From assembly GCF_018350175.1 (NCBI RefSeq), contig NC_058368.1, forward strand, positions 155,064,001-155,128,000: DNA of 64,000 nt. The letters are read 5' to 3'. Origin of the DNA: Felis catus (lineage: Eukaryota). The translations under genes and the position numbers were made by a program. The notes beneath the pieces were generated by a model that was not told the origin of the DNA, did no database searches, and saw nothing but the letters and a program-made list of their open reading frames with translations. Below, one piece after another: positions 1 through 11,450 of the stretch. How positions within the stretch are numbered: position 1 is the first letter of the stretch; every line of letters starts with the position of its first letter.

Positions 1-1544
1 GTTTATAACAGTTAAACAACATCAAAACATCTGAAGCTTAAGTACAGAGAGCCTGGAGCAAAAGAGCTCAAGTTATAAATGGAATCGCTTCCATATATCA
101 AACATAAGAAAAAAGAGGGGAAAAGGGCTTTTATGGAACAAAGAAAAGTGAAAAGGGTTTTATTTATTTATTTTTAAATGGCCCTTTTGCTGTCCTTTTT
201 CGATAATGTTCTCGTTAGCATTACCCTTGGATAGGCTTGGGAAAATGTAGCTGTTGTCACTGGGGGAAAAAAAGAATTGCCACCTGTAAGCCATTAGGCC
301 TGGGATGAAAATCAAGCCTGAAAACTGCCAATGGTTCTACGTTTAATTTTAAATGAGAGGGGAACAAGGCAGAGGCAGGAAGGGGCTCAGTGAGTCCGGG
401 ACCCAAAAGAGAACATTTGGGAGTCCATGCATTTAATCAGTACCGCCATGTTGCTTCAGCCTACACCTGCAGAACGTGTTCCCTTTGTCATTTGTTCTCT
501 CGGAGAATAAATGGAACTTCTGGAGGTGAAGCTACAGGAATTAGAGCTATAAAACCACAGTGATGTTAATATTTAATCAGCAAAAGTATAATTATATCAT
601 ATCTTCGAGGGATGAGAACATTCCTGTATTTAGAAAAACGCCCCAATTTGCCATCTCCAATCATTCAAGTTAAACTTTCAGAATCAAAAGTTTCCACAGT
701 TTTTGTCAGCATGTTGGAATGGTAGGGGGATTTTGAACCTAATGGTGGGATTTTGATAGCTTTTGGAATGCTGAGTTTCTATGCGTGGTAATTGCCCTTT
801 CATCAAATATAATTGCTCACGACTTGAAAAACAGTAAAAAGACTATTGTATAAAACATTCATATAGAAATTAAAACAAGTCAGAGCAAAGAGCGATTTTA
901 TAGCTTTGCTCATGTCAAGCACTTCAAAAATTGCATTTGCACTTTAATTCTACCTCAGTTGCACTTAGAAATTATGGAATCAGCTTCCAGCCGTCCTTAT
1001 TATCCAGCGTGGGGTCTCAGAGGTGTCCCAACAAAATGGATTTGAAAGTCTGCTAAGTGCATTGCAGGAAATTGATCCAAATTAAATGCTGCTATTAAGC
1101 AATGACCAATATGTATCTCTCTTAAATTTGTCAATGAAGAGTTTAGAAATGCTTATAAATATTCTGGTGTGGGGTCTTTTTGTTTTGTTTTGTTTTCTTT
1201 TGTTTTTGCCTCATTTATAGGTAGATACTTCCAAGATTCAGGTTGGTAATACAAAACACATTTAGATGTACTAACGTCCTCATTTAAAGTAAAATGTCTG
1301 ACACACAGTAAAATATCATCATTCAGTAAATCATCTGACAGTCAGCAGCGTCTCAAGTGGAACCGGTGGCTTCAATGTTTCTTTCTTCTATTTTTCAAAT
1401 TCCTTTCCAAGCAAACACTATAGGCTTCATCTCTTCCCTTCTCTCCAGAACTGTCCTCCATCAATTACCCACTTATGTGGTGGTATCTTCTTTCTCTCCA
1501 CCGGTTCATTCTCCATCAAATATAAATAAAAACTGGTTTCTCTC

Positions 1545-1900
1545 TTTAGAAGAAAATAATTTAAAACAAGTATTTGAAGACATATCTGTACACAAACGTT
1601 TACAGCAGCACTATTCACAATAGCAGACAGGTGGAAACAAACCACCTTTCCATCAACTGATGAACAGATAAACAAAATGTGGTACATTCATGTGATGCAA
1701 TGCTGTTCAGCCTTAAAAAGAAAGAAAATGCTGATACGTGCCACACATGGACGAACCTCAAACACAGTATGACAACTGTAAGAAATCAGACGTATATTGT
1801 GCGATACCATTTTTATTTATTATCCAGAATAGGTAAATCCATAGAGACCAAAGGATTAGCAGCACCAGGGCCTGGGAAAGTAGGGAGCAGTTATTGATGT
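1545..1900 (+). mobile_element. Old L1 (L1MB-like) 3' fragment
   Basis: L1 3'-end motifs: gcagcactattcacaatagc, tccatcaactgatgaacagataaacaaaatgtggtac, ccagaataggtaaatccatagagac. Confidence 0.85.
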
Positions 1901-1961
1901 TAGTTATCAGTTTTGTTCCACTGATCAAATCCCTAAGAACAACTTTTGTATGTTCAGTGCA

Positions 1962-2077
1962 TGTGCTGGACTGTAAATCCCTTCAAAGTGCAGACTGTGT
2001 CTGTCTTGTTCACCCATTTATAACCTAGTATATAGCATAGTCTTCAGAGAACAGGTACTTAATATTTATTGATTTGA
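1962..2077 (+). mobile_element. L2 3' terminus fragment
   Basis: gactgtaaatccct...cagactgtgtctgtcttgttcacc...caggtacttaatatttattga resembles the L2 3' end. Confidence 0.65.
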
Positions 2078-2099
2078 AGTTTATTAGAAATTTCTTTTC

Positions 2100-2645
2100 T
2101 TGCTTTTTCTTCTCTGCCACATTTGAGATTCTTGAGCATTCTCTCCCTTCTGGACTTACATGATATCACTAATCTCAGCTCTACCTCACCCAACACGGTT
2201 TAGGTTTTCCTTTCCCTGCACCTCCAACCTTGATGTCCCTATGATTCCATCCCTGCTATGTGCTTATCTCATTTTATTTTATGTGCTCCCCCTAAGCCAC
2301 TCTTCCACCTTCCCACTTTCACCTACTATTGATCAATCTTAAGTTTTCTTTTCGCTTATCACCATGCTACTTATCTTTTAGGTGTGTCAGGTCAGTTGCA
2401 ACTTCCTCTGAAAAATCTATTCTGAGGCCCCTCCTGTCAGCCTTGAAAGATAAGATTATATACCCTTTTTTGTATTGTTTTCTCTTTATATCACTGTATA
2501 CTGACCCTTTTGTAAATTTACCACATTGAGTGGCATTTGAATATTGTCTCTAACTAAGCTTCAGAAAAGCGAATGAGGATTCTATCTTGTGTTACTGTAC
2601 TTCCTGTAGGCACATATTATGAAAAATTAGTCAACAAGTGAATTT
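2100..2645 (+). mobile_element. Degraded L2 fragments
   Basis: Pyrimidine-rich L2-like body ending in an L2-like tail (actaagcttcagaaaagcg...tatcttg...gtaggcacat). Confidence 0.45.
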
Positions 2646-2649
2646 CACT

Positions 2650-3597
2650 AAAGCTCCAAGCTCTCATTTGAAAATGTTTGCAATACTTACAACTGCTTGT
2701 TGGAGTTCCCCTAGATGATGGGCAGACACTCCAAACTTGGAGGTGAACTTATTATACTGGCTCACACACCTGCCAAATATTCCAAATTCCTATCATAATA
2801 ACACTGCCATCCACTATGTAACCTAACATAGATATTTGAGAGTAATCTTGAGAGATTCTTCTCCTTCAGTCCCCTTACCCAACTTTAGATCTTGTTGTTC
2901 TGGCTCCTTTTAAATCTATTTTTTATTCCCAACTGCTCTGCCACTGCATTAGTTCTGATTCTCATCCACCATCTCCTCTGGATTATGACAAAAACTCTTG
3001 CAATTTGTCTTCCTTCACTCAGTTTTACCCTCTCAACTCAGCCTCTGCACTGCCACCAGAGTTATCACTCTAAACACATTACATTATATCATGGCTTAGA
3101 AATCTTCAGTGCTTTCTCATCACCTACAGGAAGAAGAATGAACACCTTTATATAATATAAGAACATGTTCCAAGACCTTGTTCCTATTTACCTTCCTAGC
3201 TGTCTCTTCCATCCCTTCTAATTAAAATGCCTTACCCTCCAGCCCATACTGAACTGGTCTTTGGTTACAAAGCCTACAAAGTTCTTTCATGCCCAGGTGT
3301 CTGCACATGTTCTTAGAAAATTTTACTCATCTTTCAAGACCCAACACAAAGACACTAATCTCTTTGAGGCATTTCCCAGCCTTTCCAGAAAGAGTTCCTC
3401 CCTCTTTGTTCACTCATAGAGTACATTCACAATGTATTCTAATTATCACTTTGCCCTGATCACATTATAATTATTTGTTTCTAAGGCTTTCTCCCCACCG
3501 TCTGAAAGCCAGCTCATTTTGTACAAGTCTCCTTGGCTCCTGTTGCAGTGCTGGATATAGACTAGATGCTCAATGAATGTTTGATGAATGAATGAGT
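2650..3597 (+). mobile_element. L2 LINE 3' portion
   Basis: L2 motifs (ctgccaccagagttatc, cttcagtgctttctcatcacctacagg, ttttactcatctttcaagaccc) and the canonical end tagatgctcaatgaatgtttgatgaatgaatga. Confidence 0.75.
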
Positions 3598-4832
3598 GTA
3601 TGTGTGTATACATACATGTATTTATTTACATATATACATATATATAATACATTGAATATGAAAGTAAATTTGATTATATTTGATTTAAAGTATATTTGTA
3701 ATTTAATACATCTGTGAATTTCCAAGTAAATGTTACACATTCTGAAATAGTTATTAAAGAATTCACACTATGGACAGATGGTAAAGAATAACTGAGAATC
3801 CTGAAGGATACATATGCGCTCACACATTCTCCTTCATTCTCTCTGCCTCGCTTATGCCTTCCTGGCCCCACCAAGCCTGTCACTTTTCATCTTCCTACCC
3901 TGCCAATTCCCATGATCAGAGAAGGCAAGCTGAAAAAGATGCCATTGGACAGGGTAATGGGTACAGAAGGGCCATGTAGTCTTAGAGGCTTAGAAAGCAT
4001 ACTATTCTATATAATAACAAGCAAATACTGCAAAAAGCAGACTTATAAACCAATCCTGACAGCTAATGAGTTTCCCAATGCTCATCCATCATATCAAATC
4101 ATAGATTGAGATATGCAGCAAATTTCATGGGAAAAAAAAAGCACTCCATATTTCCCATCTTATCTGTGCCTGCCATGACATAGGCATGCATGTTTGTTCT
4201 TCCATGTAGCACCTTTATAAAAGAATAATATCTTTTGTTTGTCTTCTATTGTTTGTTTGGTTTTCTACCTGTGACAGTTTACTCACAAAGCAGTTGTTAA
4301 TGATTGAAATATAAATAAAGTCATTGGCCTTGATAATCTTCAGTTTCACTCCAAATTTACCTAGATTTAAAGGAAGCCTTTTTTTTTTGCAAATAATTAA
4401 TATTATAGTAGCTATTATAGATGATAAAAAAAATCCAAGGAATAATGTTAATGTTAAGGGGATTTAAGGTTTGTAACTACAGAAAACATACAAGAAAAGA
4501 AAAAAAAACTCTATTAATTAAAGGATCTTAATCAATGGTTTTACCAAAAAGTCTAAAATCTTCTAGATTTGAAAACCCAAGGGTTATTTTGGGACATGAA
4601 AGCCCAGGCAAACATAATAAAATTATCAGATGTTTATGAAAACACTTTGTCACTAATTCACTTGTTATCAATGCATTGTACCCATAGTGGGAAAAACCCA
4701 CATATTTAACAATTTGGATCAGAAAGAAACATTAAGATTTAGAATAAGAGTATGAATATTCAATGTCTTGAGAAGCAAGTAAGGTAATTGATACTATACA
4801 AAACTTGTATCGTTAAGTTTTAACTCATTCTT

Positions 4833-5047
4833 CTTTTTTTTTTAATTTTACTATTTTATCTTTGAGAGAGAGAAAGAGAGAGACAGAGTGTGAGTAGGGG
4901 AGGGGCAGAGAGAGAGGGCGACACAGAATCCAAAGCAGGCTCCAGGCTCTGAGCTGTCAGCACAGAACCCGACAAAGAGCTCCAACTCATGAACTGTGAG
5001 ATCATGACCTGAGCCAAAGTTAGACGCTTAGCCAACTGAGGTGCCCC
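4833..5047 (-). mobile_element. Felid Can-SINE (SINEC_Fc family)
   Basis: Reverse of ggggcacc...ggttaag...tcaggtcatgatctc, (CT)n and A tail; imperfect TSD aagttttaactcattctt / aagttgtaattcattctt. Confidence 0.95.
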
Positions 5048-5480
5048 AAGTTGTAATTCATTCTTAATTACCATCAATAAAAATTAAGGAATGTCTTCTC
5101 ATTTTTCCTCATTTTTAAATAATAGCAGTGCCAATAGCAACAACAACAAACACAAATAATCATGACACCCTGGTCTCCCAAATCTGATGTTGCCCCGGAG
5201 TGGCCAACTCATACCTGTAGACAGGACCATAGATCAAGGTGGCACAACTACTAAATAAGTTCCACAAATGAGGCTATTGAAACAAATAATAAAAGCAATA
5301 AAACTAGATTTATTTCTGAGCAGAGAGAATTGAAAGAGAGAATGACAGGCAGGAAGGAGATGTTGTAAAACTGAATTTCAGATAAAGCTACTATAGATGA
5401 GGGGACTTGTTGGCATGTGATCTTTCCTCATACCCTAGGTCCTTAACTTCTATTACTGTGAACACTCCAGTTCTTTAAAA

Positions 5481-5660
5481 TACAGTCACACCATTTTTTT
5501 TTCAAGATTAATATATAAAAGAGTAAAACACTGCTCCTGGGCTAGGACCTTGTATGCTAAGTTTCAGCCTGGAGCACATTTTTATAGCTGAGTTATAAAC
5601 CTTTGAAAATAGGTGTTTAGAATGGAAATGTTAAGAGACCCCTTACCGTAGTGGCATAAA
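5481..5660. repeat. Ancient amniote interspersed repeat fragment (Penelope1_Vert/UCON-like)
   Basis: cctgggctaggaccttgtatgctaagtttcagcctggagcacatttttatagctgagttataaacctttgaaaataggtgtttagaatggaaatg aligns by eye with my recollection of this ancient repeat consensus; exact family name uncertain. Confidence 0.55.
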
Positions 5661-8059
5661 TAGAATTGGCATCATTCATCTAGAAAAGGTATATAGGCAG
5701 CTATAGTATGAAAGTTTACACTTCAGATAAAGGAGCCTGAGCGTGGTCAGGCTGTATTCCACCAGGCATATAATCGCCCTTTGGAAAAAAGTTAGGTGGG
5801 GGGTGGTACGGGGGGCAAGGGGTCAGGGAAAAGGAGGGAAAGAAAGGTTGACTTGTCACTTGGATGTTATTCTTTTCTTGAGGTGTCATGGAAATTTCTT
5901 ATGACAAACTAAGCTAACTAAAACTGCCAGCAACAAATAATGACTGGAATTATTACATTGTAATGAATTTTTATTGCTCTTAAATCATGCAATGCAATTT
6001 AATGTATTCTTCAAACAAAGTTATGTTGCCCTTACAAAAAGCAATTTTTGATCCAGAACACATTATGTCCTAATACCTTGGAAGAAAACAAATTTCACAT
6101 TTGTAGTAGTCAAAATAAAATATTGGAGCATTCATAATCTTCTAGATAGTCTACCTTTCTCTATTTTTTAGTTGGAAGTAAATTTTCATATTCTTCAAAA
6201 TAGCAGTTCCATGGTAAGTTTTGCCTAGTTTATACTGTTCCTTTAACATTTGGCATATATTTACTCTGTTGCTTCCAAATATGTCTTTCTTCTGATGTAA
6301 TTGATCTCTTCCCCCCAACCAAAATAATAATAATTTATCTCCTCCCTGAAGTTTCCATGGATTCTCAAAAGGCATAATTCTTTGTTGACGTATTTTTTCT
6401 GGGCAGATCATGTAATGATGTGGTCCACAACAAGGTACGTCTATGTATAGTGTCTGAGGACATGATTACTCAGTAAAAATAGTATATGGTAGTAGAGTTG
6501 AAGTTAGCGATTAGAATTCAAATATTCAGATGATGAAATCACAGCCCTTCTATAGCCCTTACTTGTCCAGAGGAAGAAGAAGCAAAGAAGGAGGAAGAGG
6601 AGAATTTGTCTGTTTCCACAGACAATTATTTGCAATAAATCAAATAAGATAACAGAAAAGGCTATCAGATTACCACTTGAGGATCTAGAGATCCAAACCC
6701 AAAGAGAAGACTCTTAACTTCTAGTAGTCATTACTGATACAGCAACAAGTTAATGGAACTGGTAGGTCCCCTGAACACATGCTGGTACATCAAACCTCTT
6801 CAATGCAGAAAATAGAAGTTTGTGAATTCTTGTTTCAAAATTTAAAAACTCCAAATTACGTGATTCCTGGTAACTATTCAGACTGGGATTTTTACAGTTT
6901 GTTCTCAAAACAGAGTAGGAAAATATTAATCAAGTTCTTCAGACACTGGACACCAGTCTTTCAAGTGCATTTTCACTGACTGGTAAAATCCACCAGACGT
7001 CTTCTTTGAACACATAGTAAGTAAACTCTTCTTAGGTAAATATCACATATACATACGATATGCCGATATTGCCAAAACTAACTTTTTAAACTACTTGAAA
7101 AATAAATTTTAGAAAAGACTATTGTCTGACATTGTATAAATGAAAGAAAATTTGGATGGTATTTTTAAAACTTTTCTACCCTTTGTTGTCCTATTAAAGA
7201 GATGTGAGAATGCAAAATAACAAAGCTTACAGCTTTAAATTATTATATCGTCAAGCTAACACACATTGAAAATAAAGTCTTAACTGTGATTCAGACATCT
7301 AAACTTCCTGAAGGGAAGACATTTGTGTTCACTGTTTTGTTCCCAGTCTTACAGCATGCTTCAATACTGTCTTCATTAACACATATAGACACTATCACGG
7401 AAGGTTAAAAAATAATCTTCCAGCTGCTCACCTCTAAAATACCCTTATTTTTCACTTTTAGGATTCCATATTTATCCTTTCCAGGTATCTCAAGTAGTTA
7501 AAAACAACCAAAATAAACATTTTAAAGAAATATGTCAACTCCTCAGTAATTTAAAATGCTCTGGATTTTAAGAAGGCAAAAGTACTGCTAAAAGATTCTT
7601 TTTGGGCCACATAACCATTCTATGGATCTATTTGTGGTTCTTAATATTTAATAATGTTGCTGCAGGAATTCATTCCTAATCAGGAAATGTGTCATTTGCC
7701 CTTGAGCATGGTCTATGGAGTCTGAGAATAGTGCCAGGCACATGCCATAGGTCATGTAAGACGGCCACCTTGTGACTAGCTGTTATAAATAAGGGCTCTG
7801 GGGTCAAACCTGTCTGTTCTTTGAAGAGGTTGGGAGGTTTCACCCTGAAAGCAATACCAGCCCTCAGTCTGGAAACCAGTTCCCCAAGGAGACCCTGGGC
7901 AAGCACTTTCAAATAGCTCAGAGTGAGAGAAGAGGCACAGCAAATGTCAACTTACATAAACCCATAAGCAAAGAGATGAGAAAATAGTGTCCTTTTTGCA
8001 AGGGCAGAAGTCTAACTTTCTCAGAATAAAAATGTGCAAAAATGAAGGCACACTCAAAA

Positions 8060-8300
8060 ATGTAAAAAGTGGGCATGGCTAGTAAATAACTCCAAGTGTT
8101 GGTCTACATTATAGGTGGACAAAGAATTTGGAGTAAATAACCTGCCAATAGGAGAAAGGACATGAGTTGGGCCTTTCCCTATCACTGCAGAGGTTGTCTG
8201 GAGAGGCTATGGGCTCTTTATACAATAGGGTCAGTAGGAATAATCAGTTCTATTAAAGAAGGTACAATGAATAAATAGATTCATTATAAAGACTTACTAC
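8060..8300 (+). mobile_element. Possible CR1/L3 fragment
   Basis: Weak resemblance to the CR1 ORF2 3' region (gaatttggagtaaataacctg...ggagaaaggac...gaggttgtctggagagg). Confidence 0.3.
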
Positions 8301-9792
8301 AATGTCATTGATATTTATAGGAAAATACACACCAAGTAAAATGTATAATTCTATGTCCCAAAGGACTATGAAATGTAAATTGTCCCCAAAGGTTAATCTT
8401 TTGATGTGTGCCCCTGACCAATTCTCTCTTGAATTTCTAAGGCTCAGGACATTATCCCCATGGTCCTCCTTCTGGACCAGTCCATCATTTCCATTTCATT
8501 GAGCTAATAAAATTATTGTCTCTATTACCTCTTCCATTATCTGTCAGTCTCATGTCTTATTCATGTTTCACACTTAAGCTTTTATATCCCTTACCAAGAA
8601 TCCTGACACCTAAGTTTGCTAGACCAATTGTTCAGACAGAGCTTGGACAAGATCATTTAGATTGTCCCCATATTCTCTTGGAGCATGGTCCCCACACATC
8701 TTGCATTTGAAGACATATTTTAATCTACAGAAGTTCTGTCTACCCCTGAATGGTTGATTTTACATTACTATCCTGAGAAAGGTATAAAGTGCTATGTGTG
8801 TATGTGTGTGTGTATCTAAATAAACGTATATACACATACATATACATGTATATAAATTCAGTAAAACTTGCTTTCTATTTTAACCTGCATCGTATTCATC
8901 ACAGTAGAAAGTGTATGACTGATTATTTTCGTATATAAACAAGACCTTGGGATATATGTATTCAAGCCACTTGCACTAATTCTGGCCCCAACATCACTAC
9001 TTAAGAACACACAACCCACAGAGAACCACTGCACTGACCATTTGGGACTCCCTGCATTTGGTCATTTTAGGTCAACAAATCTGATATAAATCACCATCTT
9101 CATCCAACAGAAGTGCTTTTACAAAATAGATGGATGTTGGCACCAGGTGAATCTGAGTTTCACCATTCCCAAGGGTAGTCTTCTTGCGGCCATCATGCCA
9201 CCTTTCAATTGCACGCCCACTCACATTTGCACTATTGCATTGACTCTTCTTTGTCAACACCAAAATTTACTTGATATGGCTCCCAATTCTTCCTGGTTCT
9301 ATAACGGGAGATAATTAAAAAGTCATCACAGAATAACCCTATAGGGTGAATGAGTGCTGAGATGAGGCATCATGCCAGATGGGGAGGGAAAAATTCAGTG
9401 GCACCCAGAATGTGCCACATGAGCAGTTCTCCATATAAGCCAGTTTGGCCAAAATGCTCTTTCTTAGGAGATTGCCCTCAAAATTTGGCAAACTTGAACA
9501 CAAAAAGAAGTATAAGTAGACCTTAATTCTTGTCCACAAGTCCACTAACTTGAATTTGTACCCATTGCAGGAAAACTCCCTTCTGCTGAATGGGCTGGTG
9601 CTAGACAAGAGTTCCCACATTCCAGGAAACCCAATGATTCCCATCATGCTTGAAGCAAGAGCCAGAGATTTTTTTGTTTGTTTTAGAGTACTCAGAAGAA
9701 GACATTGTGTATCTGTGTATTCACCCATCCTATGGTTTTACAACTAACATTCCAACATAACAACAAAGACTTCTCCTGGGAGTGCTTATGAG

Positions 9793-9922
9793 TAGGCTCA
9801 GCTTGTCCTTAGTTTTCCCACGACAGTCCTGGATTATATGTGTTAACTTGAAGTCATAATTAATACTCCCTTTTATGCTCTAAAGTATCCTAGTTTAGAA
9901 GACAAATTACATATTCACTCTA
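9793..9922. mobile_element. MER94 (hAT-Blackjack MITE)
   Basis: About 130 bp with decayed tagggtgacc/ggtcacccta TIRs, internal gacagtcctggatt...aaagtatcctagtttag; degenerate 8-bp TSD cttatgag/attataag. Confidence 0.7.
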
Positions 9923-10029
9923 ATTATAAGGTATTCTCAAGTGTGAAGCACTCCAAAACATCTTATGGGATCACAGTGGGCATTCTGAATCAGATTTTCT
10001 TGACTGATAAGCACAGTTCCCTGAAAGTC

Positions 10030-10143
10030 TCTCTAAAATGCAGATTCTAGGACCCCGATCCACATCTGGGGAGAGACTTGGGAACACCTATGCTTAATAA
10101 GTATTGCAGTTGATTCTTCTGAACAATAAAGTCCAGTCACTGG
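10030..10143. mobile_element. MER5-like hAT-Charlie fragment
   Basis: taaaatgcagattctaggacccc...ttaataag...cagttgattct...cactgg. Confidence 0.55.
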
Positions 10144-10354
10144 CACTCTCAAGAATACTGAAGAGTCTTGTGCCATGTGCTGCTCTATTTCTATATATCA
10201 CTATTCTGTCTAGTTCCTCTTTCCCCTTTGCATCAATTATGCAGGTTTTCACTTCCTGAACTTTTCAAGCTTACTCTTCATTCTGAAGTGCTTTTACACT
10301 TAATTTGTCTCTTTCCACCCTCACACAGACCCTCCCATGTAAGATCTGACTGCC

Positions 10355-10560
10355 CCAGTGGTATGCTGGAACTGACTGGGACCAGCGCTTGAGAGCTAGG
10401 TGGGTACATCTCCCCCCATCCAGTGTTGTCAATGTCGGCAGCTTGAAATCAGCCATGGTGAGAGTATTTACACCCTTTGTAAATGCTACAGATAAAGCCT
10501 TCCCCTACCACTCCTTGATCCCCAGAACTACTTGTTAAACATTAACCAGTACACCACCAG
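10355..10560 (+). mobile_element. MER63A (hAT-Blackjack)
   Basis: TIRs ccagtggtatgctgg...ccagtacaccaccag; core gcttgaaatcagccatggtgagagtatttacacc. Confidence 0.8.
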
Positions 10561-10869
10561 CTAAAAACATTTATTGCTAATTATTCTACTACACCTTAGA
10601 AAGACAAAACATGAAATATCCCCTATACAGAACGAGTCTTTGTTTTAGGTATGGAGGACAAAGCCAGAGAAAAGATTCTACATCAGAATACCACAATTGT
10701 GCTTTATCTCCTATGACATTTTCCCAGAAATTTTACTTTTTCTAAATATCAAAAACAATTATTTCACTGTAGAAGTCTGATGCAAACTGTCTTCCTGAAT
10801 TTCAGATTTATATTCAAATTTAGGTACTAAAAGATAATTTTTATTACAAACAAGTTCACTTCTGTCAAT

Positions 10870-11450
10870 ATAAAATGGGTGCATGCTCATTACAGACATA
10901 GCACATTTTTACTTTTACACATGAGATGTATGATAATCTATTGTATGTATATAATTTAAATTATTTGATAATCTGATTTATTCCTTTTTATTTAAAATGT
11001 AGATAGTTTCCAAGCTTACGTTCTTAAAAGTAGCACTAACATGGTGCGCCTGGGGGCTCAGTTGGTTAGGCATCTGATCTCGCGATTCGTGAGTTCAAGC
11101 CCCATGCCAGGCTCTGTGCTGACAGCTCAGAGCCTGAAGCCTGATTCAGATTCTCTGTCTCCCTCTCTCTCAGCCCCTCCCCTGCTCATGCTCTGTCTCT
11201 TTCTCTCTCTGTCTCTCAAAAATAAAAAACATTAAAAAAATAGCACTAACATGAACATTATTAAATATATTTTTGCATGCGTCTTTACTTGTATTCAGAA
11301 TAAATTTATTAAAGAACTGTTCTGTTAAAGTATATTTATTTTAACACTTTGAATAGGTGCCATTATCCTTCCAGAAAGATTGTACCAATCTGGTGACCTA
11401 AGTCACCAGTGATATATTAGAGTACTCATCTTTTAGCACTGTTAAGAATA
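10870..11450 (-). mobile_element. Old L1 (L1ME-like) fragment split by a SINE
   Basis: atgaacatt...gccattatccttccagaaagattgtaccaat...caccagtgatatattagagt are antisense L1ME motifs. Confidence 0.55.
11043..11240 (+). mobile_element. Felid Can-SINE with short internal deletion
   Basis: SINE body, (CT)n and A tail; TSD tagcactaacat(g) on both sides. Confidence 0.95.

Noticed and set aside
4856..5077. Family of similar ORFs (AQVMIS...VLTAQSLEPASDSVSPSLS), also at 11041, 39287, 42826, 53240 and 54866
   Set aside because: Translations of Can-SINE copies, not a gene family or repeat-array system
9339..9728. 129-aa minus-strand ORF (and neighbouring 9072-9263)
   Set aside because: No recognisable domain or family, and no coherent coding exon structure; this length is expected by chance in 64 kb over six frames
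11390..11409. Perfect 8-bp inverted repeat ctggtgac-ctaa-gtcaccag (similar 9-bp stem at 47901-47923)
   Set aside because: Stems this short are expected by chance in 64 kb and are too short for pre-miRNAs
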